This document shows, piece by piece, positions 1 through 12,149 of a stretch of DNA of 34,424 nucleotides. This DNA is from Conidiobolus incongruus B7586. Taxonomy: Eukaryota. Under the pieces are notes generated by a model. That model worked only from the letters and a program-made list of their open reading frames with translations. It did not search any database and had not been told where the DNA came from. Position numbers and translations under genes: made by a program. Positions within the stretch are counted from its first letter, which is position 1, and each line of letters begins with the position of its first letter. The stretch spans positions 1 to 34,424 of the forward strand of contig JNEM01006360.1 in NCBI GenBank assembly GCA_000697335.1. The letters are read 5' to 3'.

Positions 1-97
1 GTAAGCTATTTTTTTAATTGTCTAAAACAATTATAATCACATAGGTTATAATCAAGTAAATATACTAGATATGGTAACTCCCTCTAATTTTTTTTAT
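1..97 (-). repeat. Perfect 97-bp inverted copy of 932..1028 (internal segment of the mariner relic)
   Basis: 1..97 is the exact reverse complement of 932..1028; the match breaks at 98/931. The copy may extend beyond the window start. Confidence 0.95.
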
Positions 98-1266
98 TAA
101 AATATTTTGATTTTAAAATTTACACTTAAATTTAATTATATTTAAACTAGATTGTGATTATCAAAAGGTTTTTATTTTTGTATCTTTAAAACTTAATCAA
201 AAACCCTCTAAAATCATTTAAAACTTGTAAACAGTTTATAAAAATGATGTTTTATCTAAAACTACCATATATTGCTAGATTTGTGATTTTAAAGCTAGAA
301 GGGATACTATTTAAAATTTACTAAAATCTAAAAGATTAATTTCTATTGTTACTCTTTTACTTATTAATAGAGTAAAAAAATATATTAAGAAATACCTTTT
401 TATTTCTGTTAAAGAACTATTAAAGTAATTTAATGTTAATTATATAAGCATGTTATATTTACTTAAGTTTAAACTTAAATTAATTAATAAAAATATAAAA
501 TAGATACCTTATAATTTAATAGAAGCCTAAAAAAAAACTAGAGTAACTATAGCTAAATTAAATTTATTAAGGTATAACTAAAAACAAAGGTTTTTAGTAA
601 ATACTTATAATTAATGAATCTTAAATTCTTTTATATAATCTTTTACTTAAAAATAAAATAAGATGTTAGGTTAAGTTAAATTAATCCCCTCTACAAATTC
701 TAATAATTAAACACTTTAAATATAAACAAATGTTAATTATTGTAATAGATTATAATAATATATGGTTTTTTTATTTAATACCTTAAGGAAAATTAATTAA
801 TAATAAGTTATATATTACTTTTTTAAATAAAACAATTTTTAAATGGTGTTCTCAATATAAATTAAAAACACCTATTATTTTGTATAATAATTATAAAATA
901 TATAAAGCTAAAGTTATAAAAGATTTTTTATATAAAAAAAATTAGAGGGAGTTACCATATCTAGTATATTTACTTGATTATAACCTATGTGATTATAATT
1001 GTTTTAGACAATTAAAAAAATAGCTTACAAGAAAAAAAATTCCTACAAACAAATTAAATTGGTTTGTGAAACATTAAATTTCAGTCCTTAATAAAAAGAA
1101 CTGTTTTTTAGGTATTAGAAGCTTACCAAAAGTATAAAAAAGAGTTATTAATAATAAAAAAGGCTATTAATTTTATATTATTCATTAATTTTTATATATT
1201 ATTTATTAATTTATTTGTTTAATTTTAATTTTAAAATTGTGCCATTACTTAATTTCTACACTAATA
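98..1266 (+). mobile_element. Mariner-family DNA transposon relic with candidate right TIR at about 1230..1266
   Basis: The transposase relic is followed by ...AAAATTGTGCCATTACTTAATTTCTACACTAATA, which ends in TA and loosely resembles mariner TIRs. The left TIR is not visible, so the TIR cannot be confirmed. Confidence 0.75.
138..1170 (+). pseudogene. Degenerate mariner (DD34D) transposase
   Basis: Translation gives mariner motifs once transitions are reversed. HTH: TVYKNDVLSKTTIYC*ICDFKARR...LLKSKRL (about 231-338; cf. VYGDDALS..TV.RWF..FK.G...PRSGRP). *IPYNL at 501 (WVPHEL). ILIINES*I at 601 (TGDExW). IILYNN at 874 (LHDN). ELPYLVYLLDYNLCDY at 949-996 (LPHPxYSPDxxPxDY). GIRSLPKV*KRVI...GY* ends at 1170. 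There are 34 residues between the second and third catalytic positions. Many stops and at least one frameshift near 595-600. Confidence 0.9.
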
Positions 1267-2584
1267 ATATAAGTTTTTTGGTTTGAATAATATTCTTCAA
1301 TTGATTATAGTGTAATAATTACATTATTATTTGATTTATCTAATAAAAATTTATTAAAACTTTAATAATATTGCAATATTTAAAATACTACATTTAATGA
1401 TATATTATTCATTAATTTTTTATTTAAAGAATATATTTTGTTTTGTAATATTTGATATTTTATCTAATTTACCAATTGCAATATATTGATTTACTGATAT
1501 TATTATTAATATCATTATTTTTATATTGGTATAATATATTCTTAATTGATAGACAATATTCCATATTGGTGAAATATAACTAAGATATTCCAATCGTTAT
1601 TAACTATAAATTTATAATATTATATATTTAAAATAATAGAATTGAATGTTTTATCCAATTCGAGTATAATATTGATATTCAAGTCTGAAAAATTATATTT
1701 GAAAAAAAAGAATCATCCTAGTAATTCAACGTTACAATTACAAAAATACAAAAGTATATAAAGAACATACTCAAAATATATTATCTCTAGTTTACTCAAA
1801 TATCAAAATTTTAATATAATCTGAATTTTTGATCAAAAAGACATTTGTCAATAATTCATCACACAAATGATATTGAAGCGAATATCGAGCTAAAATTGAA
1901 ATATTTTTATATTACAGCTATTTTACTAAGTGACTTGAAAAATTAATATCAATTTTTAATAATCAACCCAAATATATCATTAATAATATCTAATAATACT
2001 ATTATTATAAACCATTTTTTCAAATATATGAATTATGTCATTAAATCATACACCTTACCTCTTTATAATAAATTAATACATGATTAATAATCAGTCATAG
2101 TGACTATACTTTAAATTCAATTTGATAAATTATATAATATATAAATTTAGTTTTGTTTAGAAAAATAATAATAAAATTTATCTAATTTTAAAATCAAATT
2201 GATTAAAACTATTAAATATTATTATTCTCAAAATTTTTAATATTTAATTTGATATAATTTTCAATAATGGAAGAATAACACATTTAAAGGAATTAAGGTT
2301 TCAATTTACCTTTTATATTTTAAAAGGGTGATTTCATACAATGATTTTAATTTATTTCAAGTAACAGTATTCAAGTGTAAGTAATCATTATAATAAGTAG
2401 AGAAAACTTGGGTCAAATTCACAAGAGATTTATCCGTCGAATCTTCTTGAATATATTAGAAGTTATGTTTACATATACTTGAATATGGAATACCATAATA
2501 AATTAAAGGAATAATTATTCTATTTAGTAAATGCGATCTGTGCATCTTTTTCATAAATTACAATTCAATCAACATTAATTCAAT

Positions 2585-3634
2585 ATGACCACTTCTGATT
2601 TGATTTTAGTTAGAGCTAACCCTAAACAAATTGAAAAAACTTGGGAAAATCATCACTGTGAATGGGCTAGAGGATTGTCTGTTGAAGGTTATAAACGTCG
2701 TGAAATTATATTGGGTCAAACTAAATTCGCTAAAGATGGCTTCGTCGTTTGGGCTTTAGTTCCTGCTTCTGATCCAAACACTTTGGATATCTTATCTCAT
2801 TGTGAAAGTTACGGAAGGCCTGGTGTTGTGTACGACAAAGAGACTGATCAATTGAGACACGTGACTTGTTCATCAATTTGTTCCGTATTCACTCCTCCCC
2901 AGCATCGAGGAAAAGGATACTGTGCTTTAATGTTCAAATTATTGGAACAAGAATATAGAAAAGATGGTCACGTATTTGACGTTTTATACTCTGATATTGG
3001 TAAATACTACGAAAGATTCGATTATTTACATTATTCGGAATCTGAAGTAGTTTTACCAAGTTCGGAACATCAGTTGCCCGAAGATTTGAATCAATTGATT
3101 AAACCCTTAGACCGAAGTGAATATATTCCAATTTTTAATCAAATTGTGTCTTCTTTAGATTCTGAATTGGTTGAGCATGTTAAGAAAAGTGATAGTAAAT
3201 ATGGTTTCTTAATGACTCCTACCGTTGAAGCTTTAGAATGGCATTGGAGTCGTCAAGATATTTATTGTGAATTTTTCAATCGTCCTGTTCCTAAAACTCA
3301 AGGTTTTTACATTCCCCAGTCAGATTCTCCTAATCTTGTATTGGTTAATCACGATTACATTGATAATAGCTTGGTTGTATTGAATAATTTTAACAAAGAT
3401 GCTTCTAATGCAGTTAAAATATTTCAATATTTGAGACATTATGCTCATCAAGTCGGGTTAGCTAAAGTCAAAGTATGGAACTTGGATCCTAAGGTTACTG
3501 AATTATTGGGTTCTGATGCTGTAGTACAAAATCGTTTATCTAGTATTCCTTATGGTAGATGGATTGAAGGAGACAAATTGAACATTAAAGGACGTCCTGA
3601 GTGGTTCCTTGTTGAAAAATATGGCTGGGGTTAA
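2585..3634 (+). CDS. GNAT-fold N-acetyltransferase, fungal LYC1-like lysine acetyltransferase family
   Basis: Intronless 349-aa ORF. Acetyl-CoA motif SVFTPPQHRGKGY; family-type blocks WARGLSVEGYKRRE, ILSHCES and LYSDIGKYYERF. Confidence 0.85.
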   Translation: MTTSDLILVRANPKQIEKTWENHHCEWARGLSVEGYKRREIILGQTKFAKDGFVVWALVPASDPNTLDILSHCESYGRPGVVYDKETDQLRHVTCSSICSVFTPPQHRGKGYCALMFKLLEQEYRKDGHVFDVLYSDIGKYYERFDYLHYSESEVVLPSSEHQLPEDLNQLIKPLDRSEYIPIFNQIVSSLDSELVEHVKKSDSKYGFLMTPTVEALEWHWSRQDIYCEFFNRPVPKTQGFYIPQSDSPNLVLVNHDYIDNSLVVLNNFNKDASNAVKIFQYLRHYAHQVGLAKVKVWNLDPKVTELLGSDAVVQNRLSSIPYGRWIEGDKLNIKGRPEWFLVEKYGWG

Positions 3635-4417
3635 ATAGTTTTACTATATTAATAATTAAAATTCACTTTATCTTTATCTGCCATTTAATAAATGAATCAA
3701 AACAAACTATGATTACTAAATATACTCCTTTTTGAAGAAATATTAAATACAGGTATATTGTTTAGCAAGTTGAAGTATTTTCTAATATGATGACTGACAA
3801 TAGTAGATTAAATTTTAAATTCAATAATAAGAAAACAAATTTGTAAATGTAATCTAACATTTTATTTTGTAATATTTCATATAAAAAGTTTAGTTTTCAA
3901 TTACTAGACAATTAAATATGTATTGTGAAAAATATTATAACACATTGGAAAAAAGAAAAATATATAATGTTGATCAAACATATAAAAAGAAACAAATAAT
4001 CATAAAACTTGAAACAAAAAATACGGATAATTTCAAATAAAATAACTAGTTCAGCTCGAGTTAATAATTAAACATAACTCAACCGAGTAAATACAAATTA
4101 CATAAAAAAATGTGGAATAATTGTTGAAAATTTAAAATACATAGGTGTTCTCTATTTAAACATAGTAAATCCGATGCTAATCTCCGATCCTAAGACAACA
4201 AAGTATAATTAATTAAAAAAAATGAAATAAAATTAAATAAATTAAATTATCAAATATAAATATATTTACTGAGTTGAATATGTTAGTATTGAAATGAAGG
4301 TAATTAATTGTTAGCTTAAAAAGAGTTCCGATAAGCTCCTTTTTGAAATCGTACAAAATAGCATATAATTTTGGATCTCTTTTTATATTTATAATATTTT
4401 CATTACTGAAGGTTGAC

Positions 4418-4657
4418 TTATTTAGATTGTTGAGCAGAGTTTGGGGAGGAAGCTGGAGGGGAGAGAGGAGCGGGAGCAGGAACATCGGAGAAGTCTTCCT
4501 GCTTGACGGAAGCAATGGAGTATGAAAAAACTCCGGCGGCAAACCCAACCAAAGTTGTACCAGTAACAATGTTTCTGGTGTTATAACTAGCTCTAGCTCT
4601 CTTTAAGGTATTAGCAACACTTCCTGCTGTTGAGGCTGATGGTGAAAAAATAGCCAT
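4418..4657 (-). CDS. COA3: Cytochrome c oxidase assembly factor 3
   Basis: 79 aa from the ATG at 4657. LKRAR..Y..RN..TG, one TM segment, then YSIASVKQEDFSDV, the fungal Coa3/CCDC56 pattern. Confidence 0.85.
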   Translation of the reverse strand: MAIFSPSASTAGSVANTLKRARASYNTRNIVTGTTLVGFAAGVFSYSIASVKQEDFSDVPAPAPLSPPASSPNSAQQSK

Positions 4658-4759
4658 TTTATCGTAATTATCAAACAAATTTCAAACTTGAGTTAAGATT
4701 TATGCAATATTTATTTTTTGCTGTAGATATTGTAATCTTGCTCTAAAATATTCTTATTT

Positions 4760-4766
4760 TATGGGA
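4760..4766 (-). promoter_or_regulatory. TCCCATA upstream motif, 103 bp from the COA3 ATG
   Basis: Same motif, orientation and spacing recur at several genes in the window. Confidence 0.55.
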
Positions 4767-7700
4767 TTTATGAAATCATGAAAATTGAAGATTAATGAAA
4801 AATGGATTTTAGTATATAATGGATTGCTGAAAATTATTTTTAAGGAGTTGATTGAGCTTTGCAAAATAATTATTCCATGATTATACAAAATTTATTAAAT
4901 TGTTGTGATATTAATGCCATTAAAATTAATGTATCATTACTATTATTATTATTATTATTTCAATTCAATATGTCAGTAGTAACAAAAGAAATATTAAAAT
5001 ATTTGAATAATTTTAGAGCTCATACACAGAAGATCTTGTTAACATTGAAATAAACTTAGTCGTGCCGAATATGCAAAATCGCTCCAACTCCACTAAATTG
5101 TTGTTACACCGATTTTATTAAATCAACAATTTATCATGCAGTTTGTATAATATGAATGATTTTAGTATGACAATTTCCTTTATAAAAATTGGCTGCTTAA
5201 AAGAAAGAATATGTCCTAATATCAAAAATTATAAATTATCTTAAATTTATTGAAATATCACAGCTACAAAGAGATTATATAAGTAAGAAAACTAACAGAA
5301 ACATAAACAATGGTTTAAAATATTTCGAAAACAAGTATTTGAACAGATATGAATAACTATTTTATGAAACCCAAATAACATATGTATTGTACTATTTATC
5401 AGACCATCTAATATTTTTCATATTGGAAATCGTCAACATAATAACTCCACAATCAATTTGCAAATATAAAAATTATTATATATTTGAATAGTCAAATATA
5501 AATATTTAATTACTTTTCTACGTAATATCTGAATTAAATACAAAAATAATTTGTTAAATAATTTACATTGATGGTTAATTAAGTATACAAATTTTTCTGG
5601 GAAAATACATACAAAAACTACACATAAATTATTAATTTGAAATATGATTCAACTGATATAGTAAGATAATTTCAATAATAAGATTATATTCACTCTTTTA
5701 TAAATGAACAGGTATAAAATAACTTATTATAATATATAAATATTACAGGTTATTTATTTGTACATAATAAATCCAATAGTCTTATCCAATTTATTGACTT
5801 GGAAATTATTAATTTTAAAAAATATTTAAAAATTAATTATAGTCAATATAAATATTTTCAATACATTATACACAAGATTAAGAGATAATAAATTATAACT
5901 ATGGATTTTATATTAGTACATAAATATTGAACTCTAGGTTATATTCATTTTGTAAATTTCTAATTGGAAACAAATATTCAATAATCATGTTAGAATTTTA
6001 AGTAATTTCAGAAAATATATATAATTAGATTTGTTGATTATATATATATTTATTGCTATTGAAAATGTTTTTAACAGAATGATATCAATATATTACTATA
6101 ACTAGAATAAAGTTCGATTATATTATAAAAGACAATCATTTAATACTAAAATATATGCAAATATTTTGGTTCACTTAGATAATATCAATTATTAAATTTG
6201 TTAAATTATTTATTCAACTTAATATATCATATGGATTATAATCGGTCATTTCTGATATCCAATCATATTGACAAGAACAAGAATGATTAAAAAGCTGACG
6301 TATCATTAAAACTTGATATTTTAAAACATTATTAAATAAAAACACTACTGTCAGCTAAAATACCAAGAAAAACAGGTTTACGCAATTCAATCTTGTGATA
6401 ATATATACTATTAATATTTGTTAAACTGAGAGTATACAACAATAGCATCATTTTTTAAAATAATTAATCATTTATCCTACCATAGCTCAGTATTTGATAG
6501 TTTGATAAAATAGTAATAAAGTCAATTATAAGTCTAATAATAATATTTAAAAAAATACTCAGTTTTTGTACTATTGTCATAACATTACACTGATCCTTAT
6601 ATGACTGAATGTCGTTGATATATAATAACTGTAATCAAATAAGGAATTAAAATACTATATTAATTGTACTTGACATGGGAAAAACTGCACTTTGCAACTT
6701 TTCAAGGTTGATTTAATAATTATTTCCTTTGTTAATTATGATATTCACAGTAAAATATAAAATTTTGAAAGGGTGATAAGTGTTATTTAATTATATATAT
6801 AATCAAGATTGACTAAATATTATAAATTTGATGAATTTATAAAATTGAAATTAATTTTAATATATATTTTTGACTTTATTTTTACTTAAAATAATTCTCC
6901 AATTTAAATGAATTATTTTTGAAAATATTTTAATAATATATATAAAAGGGAAAATTCTTAAATGTTAGTTTTCAATTTTGTCAATTACACACGTCTCAAG
7001 CGAAAACTGGGGAATAATATCATAATACTACTTTTAGTCATAGCTAATTTTAGTAGAGTAAATATAAATTTGAATTATTGGATGATTGAATATTTGTGTA
7101 ATTTTGGCTACGTTTCGATCAAAGTACCTAAGATTTTATCGATATTCAAGTTTTTATATTTATAAAATATTTCAATAAAACTAATTTTTCCAAAAACAAT
7201 TAAAAATAATAACAAAATATTTCACAATGTTTTCTAATTATTTATGATATAATATTCTCGTGATATATTTATTAAATCACAGTTGACATGATCCAAAATA
7301 TATATTTTATTATTTTTTTATAATGGTCAAAAATGGTAAAAGTTTAAAATTTCTTTTCATAGTTTGCTGAATATAATGTTAAATTTGTTAAATATACTGT
7401 AATTTTAATCCATCAATCAATAATTACTTTCATTGTCAATCCTTTGAAATTTGATGTAGAAATAAATGTTGACGATGAGTTGTTTCTTGGTGTCAAGAAT
7501 TTAGGTAAAAAGTTAAATGTTATGCCTGCTGGATATATCAAGAGGCAGAGACAAGTACCAATAAAGTGGATTGTTTATAAATCACAAATATCCACAATGT
7601 CTCTAACCAAGATTTACAAAGATTTGATGTTATCTTGGTTCTTGACTTAAATACCAATTGATAAGTAATAACTTAAAGATTCAGGTGATCCAATGGATTT

Positions 7701-8348
7701 GTGATGGAAAAATATATCTTTATTATGATGGTTGTAACTAAGGTTATATATCCATGGTAATTTATAAATTATAACTCACCTTCTAGGGGGTTAAAGTTCA
7801 TCAATATCAAGATAACAACTATGGATGACTAGTGAGGCTTTGCTGTATATAAGTGAATCAAAAGTGATGTCAACATCCAATAACATCATGGAAGTGGCTT
7901 GACTATCAGAATACTTGCTGGTAACATAAATTGTAAGTGTTATCAATTGTCTATTTCCCTTGACATAGAATCAAGTAATGGTAATTAAAGATCAGATATT
8001 GAATGATTTATATAATTCAAATAACTTTATTATGATATATTGAATTTGCATGTGTATTGTTTATGTATAACTACAATGTTCAATCATACTTAAATATTTC
8101 AAATAGTTTAAATAGTTTAAATTAAATAGAGCAAATGACAATAGAATTGAGTTCCCAATTTGAATAAAAAATGAAGTGTAACATAAAATAAACCAATTAA
8201 TGAAATTCTTGAAATGGAAATAAATGAAAATGTTCTTTGGAACATATTCTATAAATCAATGACGTAAGTATCCAGTATAAATTGAACTTAATTTGCAAAT
8301 TGATTGAATGCAACTCTTGAATTGATTAACAATTAATTTCAAATAAAA

Positions 8349-9323
8349 ATGACTACCCAAAAACTTATTTTATTCGGCAGTAACGGTGCTTTAGGTCAAG
8401 CTGTCAAAGAATTTTTTAGCAAGAAACAATGGGTATAAATATTACTCTATATATTCAACTATAATGATTAATTATTTTGTAAATTAGACTATTTTCTCTG
8501 TTGACGTTTCTAAGAATGACGACGCTCACTCTTTCACCTTAGATCCCACTCAACCCTTACCCGATCAAGCTAAAGCTCTCAGCGAACAAATTAGCAAGAG
8601 TTTTGGCTCTGAAAAGGTCGAAGCCATTGTTAACGTCGCCGGTGGTTGGGCTGGTGGTAGCGCCGATAATGAAGGTAAATAATATTGATCAATGCCACAT
8701 AATTTTCAATTTTTTCATAAATTTTATTTTAGAATTTCTCAAAAACAGTTTGTTAATGTATAAGCAAAGTGTCGAATCTTCCCTTTTATCTGCTCATATC
8801 GCTTCTAAATTCTTGAAAAAGTAATTCAAATTGTAATATTATCAACAATATAATTAATATTATTATTTAGCAATGGTCTTGTCGTTTTCACTGGTGCTAA
8901 AGCCGCTTTGGACGGTACTCCCGGTATGATTGGTTACGGTATGGCCAAGGCCTCCGTCCACCACTTGGTCAAGTCTTTAGCCGCTGAAGGTTCTGGTTTA
9001 CCTTCTGGTGCTAAAGTTATTGCCATCCTTCCGTAAGTTTAACATTCGAAACATCATCTAATATATTTCTAAATGGCTAAAAAATTTCTAGTGTTACTTT
9101 GGATACTCCTAACAACCGTAAATGGATTACCGGTGCCGATTACTCTACTTGGACTCCTCTCGACGTTATTTCCACGTAAGTTCCTACCCATAAATACATT
9201 CTATATAACTTTACTAAATCTATTTTTAGCCAACTTTTCGACTGGGCCACTTCTACCGAAAACGTACCCAACGGTAAATTATTCGAAGTTATTACTAAGG
9301 ATGGCGAAACTTCATTCTTATAA
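8349..9323 (+). CDS. QDPR: Dihydropteridine reductase (SDR family), 6 exons
   Basis: Spliced translation gives [58 protein letters not shown] and [13 protein letters not shown] introns at about 8433-8487, 8675-8732, 8821-8870, 9033-9091 and 9176-9229. Confidence 0.95.
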
Positions 9324-9701
9324 ATGATATAATTATAATTCGAATTCATTAAACCTCATTCATTTTATTTCTTTATGAATTATCAGGTTTTTATTCAATT
9401 TTAAATGATTTTTATGTAATTGATATATTAAGTACCATAGTTCATATTCAACCTTGACACACAGTCGAAATTCATTATACCAATATTATTTATTATTGCT
9501 ATAAAAGTGTGGTCTTTAAAAAATTTCCATATAGCAGCATTGAATAATCCAATAATCTATTTTATATAATTCACAATATGTAAAATTTCGACCATCTCTA
9601 TGTAATGTCGTTGATTCTAATATATTAAAAAATAGAATATCGTAGAGTAAATAATAAAATCTATATAATATTTTTATTAATTTTTGTCTATATATATTAA
9701 A

Positions 9702-11999
9702 TTAAAATAGATCATCCAACATTTTATCCATATCGTCAGATGCTATAGAATCTCCATCATCGTCATCTTTTTCAGTCTGATCCTTGGGCATTAATTTATC
9801 GATTTGGTTGGAGATAAATGCGTTGAATTCGGATTCTTTGGTTGGAGCTTCAACTGAATTTGGTACGGTAGGCACTAGCACTGGGTTGACAGGTTGAGGT
9901 TCTGGAATTGTAGCTGATTCTTCTTGAGGTTTTTGTTCAGATTCTGTCTTTGGTATTATATCACTGGATTGTAAAGTACTTGAAATGAATGGTACAGACG
10001 AACTTGAATCAATCTTCATGTTAAATCTATTAGTATTGGGGACATTATTAGTATTGGCCTCAGCTTTAGGTTGGCCAGTGATATTAGGTTTCTCTGGCGT
10101 ATCAATATCCTTGCCAATATTCGATCCATTCACAACAGCGTCTAATTTGACAATGTTTGGAGATGCTGAATTGTGATTAGAATCCAAAAGTTCAACAACA
10201 TTAGAATGAACTATCTTCTCTTGATCAATTTGCATCATATCATTATTAACTATCACATCAATCTTATCACCATCCTCCTTAGACTTAGCTCTCAATTTTT
10301 CAATTTCTTGATAATCAATCTCATTCGTAACATTAGAAACTCTAGTGGGGAATTGAGGATGAATTAGCAACAACCAAGAATCTTCACCAATCTCAAACCA
10401 CCATTGGCTAATTCTGTGATCGTTGAGATGATAGATTACAGAGTTGTAGAAATAGTAACCCAAAGAATTTAAATAGTCGTTGTAGGTTTGATACTTGTGA
10501 ATTATTAACAAAATTGCAAGAATTAATTGGAATAGATCAATCGTGCATTGTGACATCGAGGATTTAGTTAGGAGTTGAATGCGACAATATTCCAAAATAT
10601 GTAAATGATTTTTGGGATTTAATGTGAACCAGTAGTGATTTGCCACTAATTCTAGCAAATTCAAACTCAGAGCGTAACATTCGCCACGATTGGAGTCGGT
10701 TTGTAATAGTTTTTCAACGAATTTGGATTCACCCAACTTAAGATCGGGGTGGCCATTCGTTGATTTAATTACTGTGATCATGCCTCGGAGCCAGAGGTCT
10801 TTGCCGGGGGTTTCTTGGAGGTAGTTGTGCTTAAAGAATGTAAAGATAGTGTTGGGAAGGCTTGAAATTGACGAAAATTTCAATAATGACTCGAGGATTG
10901 GGAAGATTGACTGTGTGAGAGGTAATACATATTGAATGAGTCTGGATCTCTCGACAATTGAGAGTGTGACAGCGTGAATGGGAATGGAATTCAACTGAAT
11001 CAAGATTTGCATAATGTTGGCAATTGGGAGTTTGATGATGAATGCAGAGTTGTGAGAGTGACTGAAATTCAGTCCGTGTTCGATAAATATACAGCATCGT
11101 TTGAACAGTTTGACCATGACTAATTGATAGGTTCTCTCATTGTCCAAGGAAGCTCTGGGAAGTTTAGCAAGTGGGAAAGTATGTCTAGAATCATGATCAG
11201 AAGATGGCGGCAATTGAAACAATGTGTTTAATATATGATGACACGTATTAATAGACTTATTCATCAAATCATCGTATTTTTCAACAATCTCTTCCACCTT
11301 AGTTTGCGTTAAACATAACAAATAAGCTAAATTTGCAACGTGTGCTGCAAGTCGAGAAGGACATCTCTCGTAATCTATAAAATTAACCCTAATAAATAAC
11401 TCGTAAATCTTATTGGCAAATGGCTTAACCGATTTCGGGAACAAAGCAATCAAATCAATCATTGCTTCCAACATCTCCGAACTTGCACTCTCACTGAGTA
11501 AATCTTGCACCTTCTCTAACCAAGTCGTAATCAACTTAGGCAAATACACTGGTAAAATCTCCCTCTCCAATTCATTCTGACCTGATGTCAATGTAAACAA
11601 CTTTGGAATAACCGTAAACAAGTGAATCAACTGCAATTGTGTTAAAGGAATAGGCGACGTCAAAAAATTCATAAGATGTCTAATATAAGTCAAAATAAAT
11701 TCCACCATGAGTCCACGACTCTGCTCACATGTCAAAATAGCCCACTTGCTACCCACCACAATATGCTCAGCATCTGGATACTTCGTCCTATCTGACGAGC
11801 TGAGCAATTGACCCAGCTTCTGTCCCCATAAGCCCAACATTTTAGATTCTCCTAATTCTTCTAGTTTTGTGAGTAATGGGTATTTGACTAGGATGTTAGT
11901 GAATGCATCATAATTTTGTAGAAGTATAGGTCCTGGTACATTGAGAATATCCAAAATTAACAAGTTCAAATCGTTCAGGTATACGTTTTTCGTAGTCAT
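9702..11999 (-). CDS. RIX1: Probable Rix1/PELP1-like pre-rRNA processing protein
   Basis: Intronless 765 aa. Helical N-terminal region with W..KL..LL.S, a TCEQS block and LIALFPKSVKPFANKI (cf. Rix1 L...P..FRPF..KI), LLIHPQFP, and a low-complexity acidic C-terminal tail. Recognised by motif resemblance only. Confidence 0.65.
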   Translation of the reverse strand: MTTKNVYLNDLNLLILDILNVPGPILLQNYDAFTNILVKYPLLTKLEELGESKMLGLWGQKLGQLLSSSDRTKYPDAEHIVVGSKWAILTCEQSRGLMVEFILTYIRHLMNFLTSPIPLTQLQLIHLFTVIPKLFTLTSGQNELEREILPVYLPKLITTWLEKVQDLLSESASSEMLEAMIDLIALFPKSVKPFANKIYELFIRVNFIDYERCPSRLAAHVANLAYLLCLTQTKVEEIVEKYDDLMNKSINTCHHILNTLFQLPPSSDHDSRHTFPLAKLPRASLDNERTYQLVMVKLFKRCCIFIEHGLNFSHSHNSAFIIKLPIANIMQILIQLNSIPIHAVTLSIVERSRLIQYVLPLTQSIFPILESLLKFSSISSLPNTIFTFFKHNYLQETPGKDLWLRGMITVIKSTNGHPDLKLGESKFVEKLLQTDSNRGECYALSLNLLELVANHYWFTLNPKNHLHILEYCRIQLLTKSSMSQCTIDLFQLILAILLIIHKYQTYNDYLNSLGYYFYNSVIYHLNDHRISQWWFEIGEDSWLLLIHPQFPTRVSNVTNEIDYQEIEKLRAKSKEDGDKIDVIVNNDMMQIDQEKIVHSNVVELLDSNHNSASPNIVKLDAVVNGSNIGKDIDTPEKPNITGQPKAEANTNNVPNTNRFNMKIDSSSSVPFISSTLQSSDIIPKTESEQKPQEESATIPEPQPVNPVLVPTVPNSVEAPTKESEFNAFISNQIDKLMPKDQTEKDDDDGDSIASDDMDKMLDDLF

Positions 12000-12142
12000 T
12001 ATGGATTTTTAATCATTTATAATAATATAATCCGTGAAATTTATATATATTTACTATTTTTTAATTAGTTTTTTAGTTGATTTTATTTTTATTTGATTTT
12101 TGATTTTTATCAATTTATATTCATTATCACAATGAAAATATT

Positions 12143-12149
12143 TATGGGA
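12143..12149 (-). promoter_or_regulatory. TCCCATA upstream motif, 144 bp from the RIX1-like ATG
   Basis: Recurring oriented motif. Confidence 0.45.

Noticed and set aside
1..1028. MITE bounded by 97-bp terminal inverted repeats
   Set aside because: The repeat is internal transposase coding DNA, and the transposase continues to 1170, past the right arm.
1300..2100. Possible decayed membrane-protein gene
   Set aside because: No motif or consistent frame could be recovered.
4859..7165. Short ORFs (4859, 6962) and a possible decayed gene at about 5050-5500
   Set aside because: Ile/Leu/Asn/Phe-rich translations are expected by chance in AT-rich DNA; no recognisable domain.
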